A DNA stretch of 64,000 nt from Candidatus Marinacidobacterales bacterium (GTDB lineage Bacteria > Acidobacteriota > Vicinamibacteria > Marinacidobacterales > SMYC01), in NCBI GenBank assembly GCA_965224085.1, contig CBDCYI010000011.1, positions 1,120,001 through 1,184,000 on the forward strand, given 5' to 3'. The notes beneath the pieces were generated by a model. It did no database searches. It saw only the letters and a program-made list of their open reading frames with translations, and was not told the DNA's origin. Each line of letters begins with the position of its first letter. Position 1 is the first letter of the stretch. Made by a program: the position numbers and the translations under genes. Shown piece after piece: positions 32,769 to 43,605 of the stretch.

Positions 32769-33272
32769 TCAATTTAGTACCGCCAGCTTGTAGTCGAGCA
32801 TGATGTCGTTGTCGAAAAGGTAGCGTCCCGAGAATCGCGTGCCGTTCAGAACTAACGGGACCCACAGGTAATCGTCTTCCCACATCTCTTCGTAGGGAAT
32901 CGCGTCGACCGGCACCCAGATTGGGATGGCTTCCTCGGTCTCGGTGGGCTCGCCTTCAAAATCACCGGACCAAAAGACGTGCACGTGTATGGAATAGCCA
33001 TCGACGAACTGGAATAAGTTCTCACCGCGATAGTCGGGGGCTATAGGGGTGATGTGGAGCTCCTCCTGAGCCTCGCGGACTGCGCATTCGACTGGAGACT
33101 CACCGGGCTCGATGCGTCCGCCAGGGGCGTTGATCTTGCCAGCTCCCAGCCCACGTTTCTTGCGAATGAGGAGCATCTTAGCGTCTTTGACGACGAAAAC
33201 CAAAGTCGCTCGATCCTTCGCCGTCCACGACGCCCAGTCGATATCGTGAAGTTTTTTCAACTGTCCTTTCAT
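32769..33272 (-). CDS. Nudix hydrolase, 8-oxo-dGTP diphosphatase (MTH1-like)
   Basis: KKRGLGAGKINAPGGRIEPGE...AVREAQEE, MWEDD. Confidence 0.9.
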   Translation of the reverse strand: MKGQLKKLHDIDWASWTAKDRATLVFVVKDAKMLLIRKKRGLGAGKINAPGGRIEPGESPVECAVREAQEELHITPIAPDYRGENLFQFVDGYSIHVHVFWSGDFEGEPTETEEAIPIWVPVDAIPYEEMWEDDYLWVPLVLNGTRFSGRYLFDNDIMLDYKLAVLN

Positions 33273-33289
33273 TGTGGCACAATCGTGTC

Positions 33290-33748
33290 ATGGGTAGAAA
33301 CGGATGGGCTATCGTGGCCTTCACGGCGGCACTTCTCATCGGCTTCTTCTCGTGGGAGTGGTATCTGTCGCCGGAAGCGCGGGTGAAGGGGGCCTTGAAC
33401 GCTGTCTCCGCCGCCGCGGAAGCTGCCGACACGACAGACTTCGTTTCCTTTCTGACTTTGGACTATTCAGACTATCGGCACCTCGATCGAGCAGCGATCG
33501 AAAAGAGCTTCGCGACCGCTTTCGAGCAGGTAGACCGGCTCAAGGTGACGATCCAGTCGGCCAAGGTCGAGGTCGACGCCAACGGGGCCAAGGCCACCGT
33601 ACGATTCGATCTCATCGTCGTCGCGATCAAGGGAGAGGAACGCTACGTCGTCGTGGGCACCCCGTTCCAGCCTGACAAAGTCGTCGCCACGATGCGGCGC
33701 GAGGCGGACGGCTGGAAGATCGCCCGCATCGAGCAGGGCGGCTATTAG
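33290..33748 (+). CDS. Membrane-anchored NTF2-like protein
   Basis: N-terminal TM helix; C-terminal GWKIAR strand typical of NTF2 folds. Confidence 0.55.
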   Translation: MGRNGWAIVAFTAALLIGFFSWEWYLSPEARVKGALNAVSAAAEAADTTDFVSFLTLDYSDYRHLDRAAIEKSFATAFEQVDRLKVTIQSAKVEVDANGAKATVRFDLIVVAIKGEERYVVVGTPFQPDKVVATMRREADGWKIARIEQGGY

Positions 33749-33762
33749 AGCGGCTAGGCACC

Positions 33763-34176
33763 ATGGCTAAAGACGTCGTGCTTTTCGACGGTGTGTGCGC
33801 ACTGTGCGACAGCTCGGTGCGCTTTCTTCTCGCACGGGACCCGGCAGGCAAGCTCGCCTATGCGCCGCTTCAAGGCGAGACGGCGCGCGCCGCTCTCGCA
33901 CGTCATCCAGGAGCGGACGAATCTTTGTCGACCATACTCTACGTCCGAGGAATGGGTACCAAGAGCGAGCAGCTCTACGATCGCTCGGACGCGGCTTTCG
34001 AGATCTTGCGCGATCTCGGAGGCGTGTGGCGTTTCGTCGCGTGGCTTCGCTTCATACCGCGGCCGATCCGAAACACGGTCTACGATTTCATCGCGCGGCG
34101 CCGATACCGCTGGTTCGGCAAGTTCGATGCATGCCGGCTTCCCAAGCCGGGCACGAACGAGCGCTTTCTGCCGTGA
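33763..34176 (+). CDS. DCC1-like thiol-disulfide oxidoreductase (DUF393)
   Basis: FDGVCALC, YDFIARRRYRWFG. Confidence 0.9.
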   Translation: MAKDVVLFDGVCALCDSSVRFLLARDPAGKLAYAPLQGETARAALARHPGADESLSTILYVRGMGTKSEQLYDRSDAAFEILRDLGGVWRFVAWLRFIPRPIRNTVYDFIARRRYRWFGKFDACRLPKPGTNERFLP

Positions 34177-34203
34177 GAGATGACGTACGAGGTTTGGCGG
34201 GAG

Positions 34204-34581
34204 CTAGGTACCTGCTCGGGGTGCGACGCCGTCCTTCGTTGCAAGTCGCACGGCGGCGACACGACGGGGCTGCAACTCTTGCACTCCGTCCGGAAAGAAT
34301 ATAAACGACGGCAACGGTTCACGCACACGATCGGCGGAACGCCGGTACTGGTCCATCTTCTCTTTGCCGTAGTCCATCTCCGCCATGTAGAGGTTATGGG
34401 CACGACATAGAAGTCTGATGTTTTTCGCGCTTCGATAGCCGCCGAGCGCGTAGGGATCGTGGTGATGGAACTGAAGCCCACTACGCTCGGGACATCGTCT
34501 AACGTCGGCCGACTGGTACGTACATTGCCCAATGTCGCGATTCCACACGAAACGTTTCACCGAAGCGGAGATTCCACGCAC
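34204..34581 (-). pseudogene. HNH endonuclease C-terminal fragment
   Basis: VKRFVWNRD.GQC...C...LQFHH..PYALGG....NIRLLCRAHN. Confidence 0.75.
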
Positions 34582-34626
34582 TCCCGGCGAAGTGTCGGCC
34601 TCTTCGAAGCCTTTTCTCTGATTCTT

Positions 34627-34718
34627 TGATAGTCAAACTCCACGACGATGCGAACACCGAGCTGAATGTTGTCCTCAACTGGTTCCATGAGCTCGAACGA
34701 CTGGTACCGACAAAATAA
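34627..34718 (+). pseudogene. C-terminal tail of a Ser/Thr kinase-PD40 beta-propeller protein
   Basis: ELNVVLNWFHELERLVPTK-stop matches the characteristic VVLNWFEELKRLVP terminus. Confidence 0.55.
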
Positions 34719-34909
34719 GTGTGAACGAAGAGTAGTATTTGTTACCGGGTAGCAGTGCTGATAGGGAGCTCGCGAAAAGGGATGAAAAACGATCAACCAT
34801 CGCCAGAAGCCGCAGTCAAGCACGAGGAGCGGCGCGATTAGGCGAACAGACGACGAAGATCGAGAGGTTTTTCGAGCCTGGTTCGACGAATTGAGAGGGG
34901 CCGGGCACC

Positions 34910-35281
34910 TCAATTGTGAAGGCGCTCTTGAAGCGGGGCGAAGTCGCGGAGCAAAAGCGAAAAGGCGCCGAAGATGGCTTCCCCCGTGTACCAAGCAGGG
35001 TTACCGAGGCAACGTTTCGCTTCGAGCTCCCAGTGCTCGATCGCGAGGAAACCGCGCGCGAGCCTCCGGTCGAGAGACCGAGCCGCCTCGAGCGTTTCTT
35101 GTGGAAGCTCGTCGAGTGTGTCGCGAAGCGATCGGACATGGTCGAGCGCGGCCACAGGATCTCCCGCGAGCTCGCTGTCATGGGCGTGGCGCCCGATGAA
35201 CGTCGCCGTGACAGGATGGTCGCGATGGAAGACGTCGAAGAAACGATCGAGCCAGGCTTCGAAGTGCGGCGCGTCGGTCAT
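34910..35281 (-). pseudogene. DUF885-like protein, N-terminal fragment
   Basis: HPVTATFIGRHAHD; truncated after about 120 aa. Confidence 0.55.
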
Positions 35282-35632
35282 CGCGGCAGCGGGAGCGATA
35301 CCCAGCGTTTCTCGTGATGGGCGGTCTCGACAGCATTGATCGTCTCTTGCACCCACGCGCCGTCGACGAAGCTTCCTTGATTGCGTTCGCCTTCGTCCTG
35401 GATCTCGTCGATGAAATCTTTGATGAGGTTGGCGTAGAAGAGGCTGCGCCACGATTCCCGGGCATGTCCCGCGGCAGGGTAGAATCGTGCGGGGATCGTT
35501 TGCTCTTTGAACTCCACGCCGTCCGGCGTCGCGATGCGGATGGTCTCGGCGACGCCAAACTCTTCGACGAGCCGGCAAATGATGGTGCCCTTCTCGCCGT
35601 AGATCCGTGCTTCGACGCCGGGATAATTCCCG
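35278..35632 (-). pseudogene. Gfo/Idh/MocA oxidoreductase, C-terminal fragment
   Basis: EARIYGEKG...SFVDGAWVQETINAVE....RWVSL. Confidence 0.65.
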
Positions 35633-35634
35633 AG

Positions 35635-35670
35635 ACGCCAGGTGTACGCCAGGTTTACGCCAGGTTTACG
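35635..35670 (+). repeat. 11-bp tandem repeat x3 at a truncation junction
   Basis: ACGCCAGGTGT ACGCCAGGTTT ACGCCAGGTTT ACG. Confidence 0.85.
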
Positions 35671-35720
35671 AATGCCCGTCTACCTCCTATCATGGAATTA
35701 GCCCTCGGAGCCCCCACGTT

Positions 35721-36779
35721 ATGAACGAGATGAACGAGATGAACGACACAACATCCATCGAATCCTTCGTCCGCGGCCTTCCGAAAGCAGAGCTCCACAT
35801 CCACATCGAAGGCTCGCTCGAGCCCGAGCTCATGTTCGAGCTTGCCAAACGCAACGACATAGCACTTCCGTTCGCCACCGTGGAACAAGTGCGAAACGCC
35901 TACGCGTTCGACGACCTGCAGTCGTTTCTCGACGTCTACTATCAAGGCGCGGCCGTCCTGCTGCACGAGCAGGACTTCTACGAATTGGCCTTCGCTTATC
36001 TCAAAAAGGCAGCGTCTCAGAATGTCTTCCACGCGGAGATTTTTTTTGATCCCCAGACCCATACGGATCGAGGCGTCGCATTCGAGACCGTCCTTCGAGG
36101 GCTCCGGCGGGCGCTCGACGAAGCCGAGAGAACATGGGGTATGTCTTCCGAGTTGATTCTCTGTTTCCTGCGCCATTTGAGTGCGGAGGCGGCTATGGCG
36201 ACCCTAAAAGAGGCACTTCCGTTCCGCGGCCAGATAGCGGCTGTCGGGCTCGACTCTTCGGAGCTCGACTATCCACCTTCGAGATTTCGCCGCGTCTTCG
36301 ATGAAGCCTGCAAAGAAGGATTCCGTACTGTGGCGCATGCGGGAGAGGAAGGACCGCCCGCCTACATATGGGAGGCTCTAATCGACCTTCACGTCTCCCG
36401 GATCGATCACGGCGTTCGCTGTCTCGAGGACTCGGCGCTCGTCGATCATTTGCGCGAGCGTCAGGTTCCGCTCACGGTTTGTCCGCTCTCGAACGTCAAG
36501 CTCCGCGTCTTTGACCGCCTCGAGGACCACAACTTGAAGAAGCTCCTCGACGCGGGATTGTGCGCCACCGTCAACTCCGACGATCCGGCTTACTTCGGCG
36601 GCTACATCGAAGAGAATTTCTTGGGCGTGCAACAAGCGTTGAACCTCGAGCGCACCGATCTGCACCGCCTCGCCCGCAACGCATTCGAAGCGAGCTTTCT
36701 CGCGGAGGACGTCAAGGCGAAGCTCATCGACGAATTGGACGACTACGTCGCGTCGGCGAGCGTTTCCGCGCTGAGTTGA
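35721..36779 (+). CDS. add: Adenine/adenosine deaminase
   Basis: [38 protein letters not shown]. The start carries a 9-bp triplication (MNEMNEMND). Confidence 0.88.
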   Translation: MNEMNEMNDTTSIESFVRGLPKAELHIHIEGSLEPELMFELAKRNDIALPFATVEQVRNAYAFDDLQSFLDVYYQGAAVLLHEQDFYELAFAYLKKAASQNVFHAEIFFDPQTHTDRGVAFETVLRGLRRALDEAERTWGMSSELILCFLRHLSAEAAMATLKEALPFRGQIAAVGLDSSELDYPPSRFRRVFDEACKEGFRTVAHAGEEGPPAYIWEALIDLHVSRIDHGVRCLEDSALVDHLRERQVPLTVCPLSNVKLRVFDRLEDHNLKKLLDAGLCATVNSDDPAYFGGYIEENFLGVQQALNLERTDLHRLARNAFEASFLAEDVKAKLIDELDDYVASASVSALS

Positions 36780-36794
36780 GTCACGGGTAGTTGG

Positions 36795-37785
36795 CCTGCG
36801 GGTTCAAAGCGTGAAGTCCTCGTAGTCAGCACGGCAGGCGCTGGTATACGAGATCCTGAGCGTGGCAGGACCTGGATGGTCGCGGTGGTGTTCCAGTAGT
36901 CGCTGTGCATGCAGAGCGTGCCGTCGTCGGGCTGGCCATCGTCGCCGTGGTCAGCCAGGATCCTCGTGAGGTCGTCCAATCCCAGTGTCGCTCCGTCCGA
37001 CAACAACTCTACGAGCCGGGCCTCGCGCCGCTCCGGCGACTCGAGCACCCTACAACCCCTGAGAGGCGAGGGTGCGCGATCGTCGTAGCACGCTTCGGTT
37101 TCGACCTCGACTTCGCGCATCGACGCTTGGCTGAAGGCATTCGTGTGGTGAAGCACATCGACGCCCTGTGCCGGCCGGCGAAGCGCGGCGCGGGTATTCG
37201 AGAGCTCGAGCGAGATCAGACCCCCATCCGAGTCCGCGATCATGAGGATCCCACCGCCCCAACGCGCCGCATTTGAAATCCGCTCCGCCGCCTGCTCCGC
37301 TGTCGAGCAGGTTCGAAGCGCCTCCGAGATCGCCATCGAGATCGTCGCCGCAGGAGCGCCCTCGTCTGTCGCGAAGGCGTAATCGTAGGTGATCCCCAGG
37401 CCTTTCTCGTTGATACCGTCGACCGCCCCAACCAATGGCGCGCACGTGAACTCGAGCGACCGGAAGCCGCCCTCTGGATGGCAATCGCGCACGATGTAAA
37501 AGGGCTGGACCAGCGGTAAATAGTCGAAATTCCGGGCGATCGCGGGCTGACCATCCTTCGATCGTGGTCCCCGAATCGCTAGAGCCGAGCAGCACGCCAT
37601 GGGCGGTGCGCGGGTACACTCCCGCGTCGACGACATGACCGCCTCCAGTGCGTTGAGCAAATACAGAGCGCTCAAGCCGATTCCCGCTCCCCGCGCCATC
37701 CCTTCGAGGCGCTGCGCGCTGCTGGAAAACTGCTGCCGCAGAGGCGCCTCCAGCGCGCGCGCCTTCCTTTCCGAGATCCATCGAA
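36795..37785 (-). pseudogene. C45-family Ntn-hydrolase (acyl-CoA:6-APA acyltransferase-like), N-terminally truncated
   Basis: Motifs CSALA, ARNFDY, DGINEKGL, HTNAF. Boundaries approximate. Confidence 0.7.
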
Positions 37786-38145
37786 AGGTCGCGGATATTC
37801 GTGCCGCCGAAATCCGCCTCGAACACGATCTGGCTTCCGTCCGGGCTGAAGTGCGGGTTCATCTCCCGGCCCGGCATCCGGGTCAGCTGCGTCGGGTTCA
37901 TCTCCCGGCCCGGCATCCGGGTCAGCTGGCGCGCCGCCCGAGGTCGGCACCGTCCAGATGTCAGAGGTGCCCGCCTTGGCGGATTTGAAAGCGATGAGCT
38001 CGCCGTCGGGAGAGATGTCGAACTCCTCGACCCAGACCGTTCGAGCCAGCGCATCGATAGGAAGGGGAGGAAGGGGAGGAAGGGGAGAGCTCTCCGCGAG
38101 AGCTCCGGCCAAAAGGCAACTCATCAGTATCGTTCGAACGTGCAT
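37786..38145 (-). pseudogene. Secreted PD40/TolB-repeat protein, N-terminal fragment
   Basis: Signal peptide, ISPDGELIAF, FSPDGSQIVF; frameshift and internal duplication. Confidence 0.7.
37854..37928 (+). repeat. 36-bp exact duplication with 39-bp period
   Basis: CGGGTTCATCTCCCGGCCCGGCATCCGGGTCAGCTG twice. Confidence 0.9.
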
Positions 38146-38196
38146 CGTCGCGAGCTCCTTTGTACACTGACTCTAGCATCCCGACGCTCGGCCACT

Positions 38197-38547
38197 TCAC
38201 TTATCGAGAAAAAATATTCCGTAATCGAGCTCGTTCTCCGAGCGGTCTTCACTCCACTTTTTCAACGCGTGCCCGATACGCTCGGGCCCGTTGTTGGGAA
38301 GTGTTTCGGGAACAATGATGAGGCCGGAGTGAACTCTCCCCGCTTGGTAGAAGGATACCGTCAACCGAATGAAATCGTCGCGGCTGCAGGTGACGAGAAT
38401 CCGACCCTCCACAACAGCGAATTCGAGCTGGTCCTGGTCGCTCAGGCCGCGGCGGTCGAGCTCATGAACGCTGACCACATCAAGGCCGAGCCCGCGACCG
38501 GCGTGCGCAACCACTGGACTGACATCCTCGTCGAGCAGGAAACGCAC
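38197..38547 (-). CDS. DUF5615 PIN-like toxin (VapC45-like)
   Basis: RFLLDEDV, GLSD, RILVT..RDDF. Confidence 0.85.
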   Translation of the reverse strand: MRFLLDEDVSPVVAHAGRGLGLDVVSVHELDRRGLSDQDQLEFAVVEGRILVTCSRDDFIRLTVSFYQAGRVHSGLIIVPETLPNNGPERIGHALKKWSEDRSENELDYGIFFLDK

Positions 38548-38553
38548 GAGCCG

Positions 38554-38984
38554 CTATCGTCGCGATCTCTCGCGCACGGCGAACGGAAGCTCCTTTCTCA
38601 CTTTCTCGGGAGTCCACTCACGTTCGCAAGCGAGGCGCGCGTCGATCTCGGACGGGTAGAGTTTGTAGTACGCCACTGCCGTTCGAAGCTGCGCCTCCGA
38701 AAGCCATTCGAAGTTCGCGCCTAGCTCGCTATAGTCCTCGCCATCATCAAATTCCTGCCACACCGCGATGACCTCCCACACATCCAACCCCGTGCCAGCG
38801 AGGGCGGCTCGGCGGCCGGAAGGCCCGTCCACGAAAACGATCCCGGGAACTCTCCGAACCCGTATCGCCTCGGCAAGGAACTCGTTTGCCATTGCGGACC
38901 AGGACTTTCCGCGGGTCTCGGCTTCACGAGTGATCTCTGCGTCTAGGTCTGCTGCAGGCGCATGCCTTTCGCTTTTGTAGTCAT
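38554..38984 (-). pseudogene. DUF433 antitoxin (VapB45-like) with frameshift near 38950 in the N-terminal RHH part
   Basis: PGIVFVDGPSGRRA.LAGTGLDVWEVI...AVAYY..YP.EID. Upstream MTTKAKGMRLQ is out of frame by one base. Confidence 0.7.
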
Positions 38985-39109
38985 ACTTTGTGCACTTTCA
39001 TAGGTTAATGTGCGCCAAATATTACAAAAATGTTCTTTCGGTGCAAGCGACTCAACTACGTGCATTCATTGGAACAACCCGACCTCGGCGCCAGCGCGCG
39101 AGGTGCGGG

Positions 39110-40273
39110 TCAACCGAACGACAAGAACAGCACGTGCCCGAACACCCCCGCACTCAGGCCGCCGGCGAAGTGCGTCGTGATGGCGACGTTGGTCAAGTCG
39201 CGCTCCTTGATCCCGTCCATCATCCCGACATGCGTGCTCAAGAAGCCCGCGTTGCAGATACCGATGGCAGTGAACACACAAATCTCTTTGGCGCCGATGA
39301 TGCCGCTCGAAAGAAATTTCGGCACCATCGCGATCGCGGCGCCGACCGATCCGAGTGACGTGACAGGAAAGGCGATCGCTTCTGGATGCGAAAAGCCGAA
39401 CAAAGGCTCGATGATGAACGAGAGCTTGTCAGAAATCCATGGAAAAAAAGCGATGCCCTCATAGGCCGCTCCCGTATAGCCTTCTTCGGCGGATCCATAG
39501 GCCAACATCATCACCGACGTACAAATAATGATGACCCCTGGCATGATGTCGAGGCCCGTTTGAACGCCGTGGGTGCCGCCGTCGAGAAGTGACTGAAGGA
39601 CGCGTTGCGCGACGTTGCCTTCCCGCACTTCACGGAACCGGAGGATGTCGTAGCCTTCCCCTTCTTCTGTAAGCACGGGCGCCTCGCGGCCATATTTGCG
39701 TTTACCGAAGTAGCCCATGAGGCGAACGCTGACGATCCCGCCCATGATGGCGCCGAGATTTCCGAGGAGCACCGCGCGAGCGAGAGGCGCGTCGCCGGAG
39801 GACTGGGCCAACATGAACGTCGTCACGATGAGCCCCATGCCGAAAACGGTGCCGAGGTTGACGAGCGTCGTGAGCTGCCACTGCTTGAAATACTTCAAGA
39901 AGCCTTTATCGGAGCCGAGGGGCATGATAGCGGGGTTGTCCGACAAGTACGTCGCCACAACCCCGACAGATGTGGCGCCCGGAAGGCCGAAGAGAGGTTT
40001 CATCAAAGGGGAGAGTAGCCGGTTGGCAATACCGACGATGCCGAACTCGGCGAGCAAAGACGTAAAGGCGCCCGCGAGAATGATGACGCCCATCAGAAAG
40101 AGCACCGTGTTCAACAGCAAGTCGTGGGCGGTGCCCATCATGGTCTTGAACATGTTGGCGAGTCCCATCTGCCATGTGAACGCCGCGAAGAGGCCTGCGA
40201 GGATCACGAGCGCCACGATGGTCTCGGTCGTGACGGCGGGGACGATGTTTCTGTTTGGCGCGTTCGCGTCCAT
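39110..40273 (-). CDS. Gate-domain membrane protein (CD0519/CD1768-like)
   Basis: TAHDLLLNTV, TYLSDNPAI, FPVTSLGSVGAA; many TM helices. Confidence 0.7.
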   Translation of the reverse strand: MDANAPNRNIVPAVTTETIVALVILAGLFAAFTWQMGLANMFKTMMGTAHDLLLNTVLFLMGVIILAGAFTSLLAEFGIVGIANRLLSPLMKPLFGLPGATSVGVVATYLSDNPAIMPLGSDKGFLKYFKQWQLTTLVNLGTVFGMGLIVTTFMLAQSSGDAPLARAVLLGNLGAIMGGIVSVRLMGYFGKRKYGREAPVLTEEGEGYDILRFREVREGNVAQRVLQSLLDGGTHGVQTGLDIMPGVIIICTSVMMLAYGSAEEGYTGAAYEGIAFFPWISDKLSFIIEPLFGFSHPEAIAFPVTSLGSVGAAIAMVPKFLSSGIIGAKEICVFTAIGICNAGFLSTHVGMMDGIKERDLTNVAITTHFAGGLSAGVFGHVLFLSFG

Positions 40274-40289
40274 GCCCACCTCACCGCGT

Positions 40290-40497
40290 TTGACGCCAAA
40301 GACCATGGACTTCTTCAAGGCCTCAGCGCGCGCTGCACCGCGGCGGAGTCGGGGAAGACGGCCGCGGCGCGCTCGAGCGTCCGACGCGCGTCCTCGAACC
40401 GTTGTTGCTCGACGAGACGACTCGCTTCCCGGAGCGCGTTCTGGTAGCTCCGCTGTTGCCAGACGGCGGCGACGAGAACGACGGACAACCGAAACAT
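40290..40497 (-). pseudogene. TPR-containing C-terminal gene remnant
   Basis: YQNALREASRLVEQQRFEDARRTLERA helix pair; no start. Confidence 0.35.
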
Positions 40498-40509
40498 CCT
40501 GGCTTCTCG

Positions 40510-42132
40510 TCAGGGCAAGTCGGGCGTCGGCCTTCCAGGCGCGGTGATCTCGAAGTTCTCGCGATCCTTCGCCTCCCCAACGATGCGGCGGACGTCGCTG
40601 AGAAGTGCTTTGGCGTCGAAGACGATGCCGTCTTTGACGGTGTACTTCACCCCACCGACGCGCACGACGTTGTTCTGTGCGTTGAGCTTGACCGCCCCGA
40701 TGCCGTAGAGCACTTTCAGATTTTCGAGCGGGTTCTCGTCGACGATGACGAGGTCCGCCATCTTGCCGACTTCCACCGTTCCGATGGTGTCGGAGAGGCC
40801 GAGAGTTTCCGCGCCTTTCAGGGTCGCCGCTCGGATGACCTCGAGCGGATGGAAACCGGCCTCCCGGAGAAGCTCGAGCTCTCGGACGAAGCCATAGCCG
40901 TAGAGGTTGTACGAGTAGCCCGAATCCGAGCCCACGCCGACTCGCCCGCCGCGATTCTTGTACTCGTTCACGAAGCTCATCCAGAGCTGATAATTCCTCT
41001 TCCACGCAACCTCGATCTCGGTCGTCCAGTAATACCAGTAGGAGGCGTGTTTCTCCCGGTTGGGCTCGTAAAAACGCCAGAGCGAAGGCAGTGTGTACTC
41101 TTCATGCCATTCCGCCCGGCTCATACGCATGAAGTCGCGCGTCGTCTCATACGCGACGAAAGTGGGGGAGAGGGTGAAGTCGAGCTCGAGGAGCTCATCC
41201 ATGACCTTGTTCCAGTGGTCGCTTCCTTGTTTCGCCGCTTGCTCCCACAGCCGTCCCGCTTGCTCGAAGCGGTGCTGCTCGTTGTTGTAGTTGTAGTCGA
41301 GCGGATAGTGCTGGACGGTGCGATCCTCGAAGAGCGCTTCCGGGAGACCGTACCAGTGCTGCATCGACGTGAGGCCGAGACGAGCCGAGTCGAGCGCGTC
41401 GAGCCACGACACGTTGAGCTGAGCGTGGTGGCACGTCGTTCTCATGTCGTGCTTAACCGCCTGGTCGATCGCCGCTCCCATGATGTCGGGTCGGGCACCG
41501 AAAAACTTCACCCCATTGGCGCCCATGCTCGCGACCTCGTCGACCCAGCTGCGGGCTTCGGCCGGTGTGGAAATGGGCTCCTCGAGCCCGAGACCGAACG
41601 CGGGATAGGCTTCGATGCGCGGCGCCGTGATCGTGTTGGCGAGGCTCTTTTCCTTGTGGTCCATGACCCAACGCAGGCCGTTCCCCGTGCTCGGGTCACA
41701 GATCGTCGTGATGCCGTGGCCCATCCAAAGCTTGAGGACATATTCTGCCGGTGTGCCCTGCTCGTTGCCGCCTATGTGGCCGTGCAAGTCGACGAAACCC
41801 GGGAGCACGTAGTGGCCCTCGAGCTCCATCACTTCGTCGCCAGGACGTGCGACCGGGCGGTTGTCTTCTTTGATGGCAACACCGGGAAAGCCGACGCTCT
41901 TGATCTGGGCGATGCGGTTGCCTTCGATCACGATGTCGATCGGACCGACCGCGGGCGCGCCGGTGCCGTCGATCAAAGTGACGGTACGCAAGATGAGACG
42001 GTCGAACGGACCCTCTCCTCGGGCTCGGGGAGGTGCTATCGGAATGGAGTTCTCGGGATCGTCGATTTGGCCCGAAGCGCTCCATGAAGGACCGAACAAA
42101 AGGAACAAGACGACCAAGCGCGTTCTACGCAT
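40510..42132 (-). CDS. Secreted amidohydrolase family protein
   Basis: LPGFVDLHGH, GSDSG, GTVEVGKMADLV. Confidence 0.9.
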   Translation of the reverse strand: MRRTRLVVLFLLFGPSWSASGQIDDPENSIPIAPPRARGEGPFDRLILRTVTLIDGTGAPAVGPIDIVIEGNRIAQIKSVGFPGVAIKEDNRPVARPGDEVMELEGHYVLPGFVDLHGHIGGNEQGTPAEYVLKLWMGHGITTICDPSTGNGLRWVMDHKEKSLANTITAPRIEAYPAFGLGLEEPISTPAEARSWVDEVASMGANGVKFFGARPDIMGAAIDQAVKHDMRTTCHHAQLNVSWLDALDSARLGLTSMQHWYGLPEALFEDRTVQHYPLDYNYNNEQHRFEQAGRLWEQAAKQGSDHWNKVMDELLELDFTLSPTFVAYETTRDFMRMSRAEWHEEYTLPSLWRFYEPNREKHASYWYYWTTEIEVAWKRNYQLWMSFVNEYKNRGGRVGVGSDSGYSYNLYGYGFVRELELLREAGFHPLEVIRAATLKGAETLGLSDTIGTVEVGKMADLVIVDENPLENLKVLYGIGAVKLNAQNNVVRVGGVKYTVKDGIVFDAKALLSDVRRIVGEAKDRENFEITAPGRPTPDLP

Positions 42133-42179
42133 TACTGTTGTCTCCTCGCTTTGTCGAGCACCGGTTGGCGTCGTGACGA

Positions 42180-43190
42180 TACATACGGTTCGGGAATCCC
42201 GAAGTAGATATCGAGAAACCCGTCATTGTCCAAGTCCCCGAAGTTCGAGCCCATCGTCAGGCAGAAGCCGGTCCAGACCGGCAGGCTCAGTGACGTCCGA
42301 AAAGATACCGTTTCCTCGGTTCCGATACAAACGGGGAGACCCGCCTTGGTTCTCGATCTCCATTTAGTCGCCTTCGGCATCAACGACCTTCCACGACGGT
42401 CGTGACACCACCCGCGGGCACGTCGGTCAGAGTCTCCCGCTGGCCGCTCGGCCAAAAGATCTCGACCGACGCCACGCGATCGCGCGTACCGAGCCCGAAG
42501 TGGAGCCTCGGGTCGTTCGACGAGAGGTAGCTCCCGGACGGATGGACTTCCTTCACCTGGCGCCCAGCACTAACGACGACGCGCACACCCACGCCGTCGC
42601 GATTCGTCGACATACCCACGAGTTATATCACCGGCGACCCCGGGAAGAGATTCCCTGTCAAATCATGGGCGGTGACCTCGCGCAGGAGCGCTTCGTCGTG
42701 CGCCACGGCTTCTCGGGTCTCTAGCCTAAGGCCGATGACCCGGCGCAGGCATTCTGCCGCCTCCTCACGCTCCCCGCGCCGGGCGAGCTCGAGAGCCAGG
42801 AGAAACAGCGCGCGCGGATGCTCCGGATAGGCTTCCAAAGCGCGACGGAGCTCGACCACGGCCAGGTCGTGATGGCCGGCGCCAGAGGCGTTCGCCGCCA
42901 GCTCCACGTGCGCCGCGGCCTGTTTCGTCCGGCGGAAGAGCTCGAGCTCACGGCCGGCTTCGTCGCCGTGGCCATCTTTCCGAAGAAGGCGCGCGAGCAG
43001 GTAATGAGGCCCCGGATGCGTGACGTCGAGCTCGGTGACCCGTCCATCGCTTCCGCCGACAAAGAGCTGGTTTTGTTGCGGATAAGGTTCCCCAATCTCG
43101 GGATGCTCGTCGAGCTCTGGATAGATATGCCCGTTGGCGACGAAGAGATCCAACCACCCGTCGTTGTCGATGTCGAGGAAGAAGGTCGAG
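42180..43190 (-). pseudogene. Patchwork of CRTAC1/ASPIC-UnbV (FG-GAP) and TPR fragments
   Basis: DIDNDGWLDLFVANGH, TPR helices, NRDGVG...SYLSSNDPRLHFGLG and GDLDNDGFLDIY as disjoint pieces. Confidence 0.75.
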
Positions 43191-43390
43191 TCCTTGAAAA
43201 GGGGAGGTCAGCGAGCGGCTCGGGTTTTTGTGAGGGCAAGTGCATTGAGTCGAGGGTTGTTTTGATGGTGTTATATGCCGCGGCGCCCAACGGAGCCCTA
43301 CCAAGTAGAGCGATCGGTTGCGTTCTTGCGGAGCACAGGTAAGTTCCACTGACCGCCGCCTCCCGCTCTTTCCGGCTCGAGCGGGCGATT

Positions 43391-43605
43391 TCACTTCACG
43401 ACGAACGGCTCATTCACCGCATTGACCGGGTCGACGCCTTTCTTCGATTCCTTGGTCATCCGGGCGACTTCTTCCATCAACTTGTCGTTGTTGATGACGA
43501 TTCCATCTTTGATGGTATGCACGATTCCCTTCGTGCGATACATCTGGCCGTTCTCGTCCAGGGTCAGCGCACCGAAGGAATACAGGAATCGCAGGTTATA
43601 AACGG
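43391..43605 (-). pseudogene. C-terminal remnant of a third amidohydrolase paralogue
   Basis: NLRFLYSFGA...HTIKDGIV aligns to NLKVLYGxGA...YTIKDGIV of its neighbours. Confidence 0.75.

Noticed and set aside
37854-37928. 36-bp repeat of CRISPR-like length
   Set aside because: Only a 3-bp gap, two copies, and inside a PD40 coding fragment.
40402-42087. Long antisense ORFs (also 8886-9947, 11793-13109, 51183-52298) and long 5-prime ORF extensions (39110-41005, 43596-45791)
   Set aside because: Shadows of real genes, expected at high GC; no motifs.
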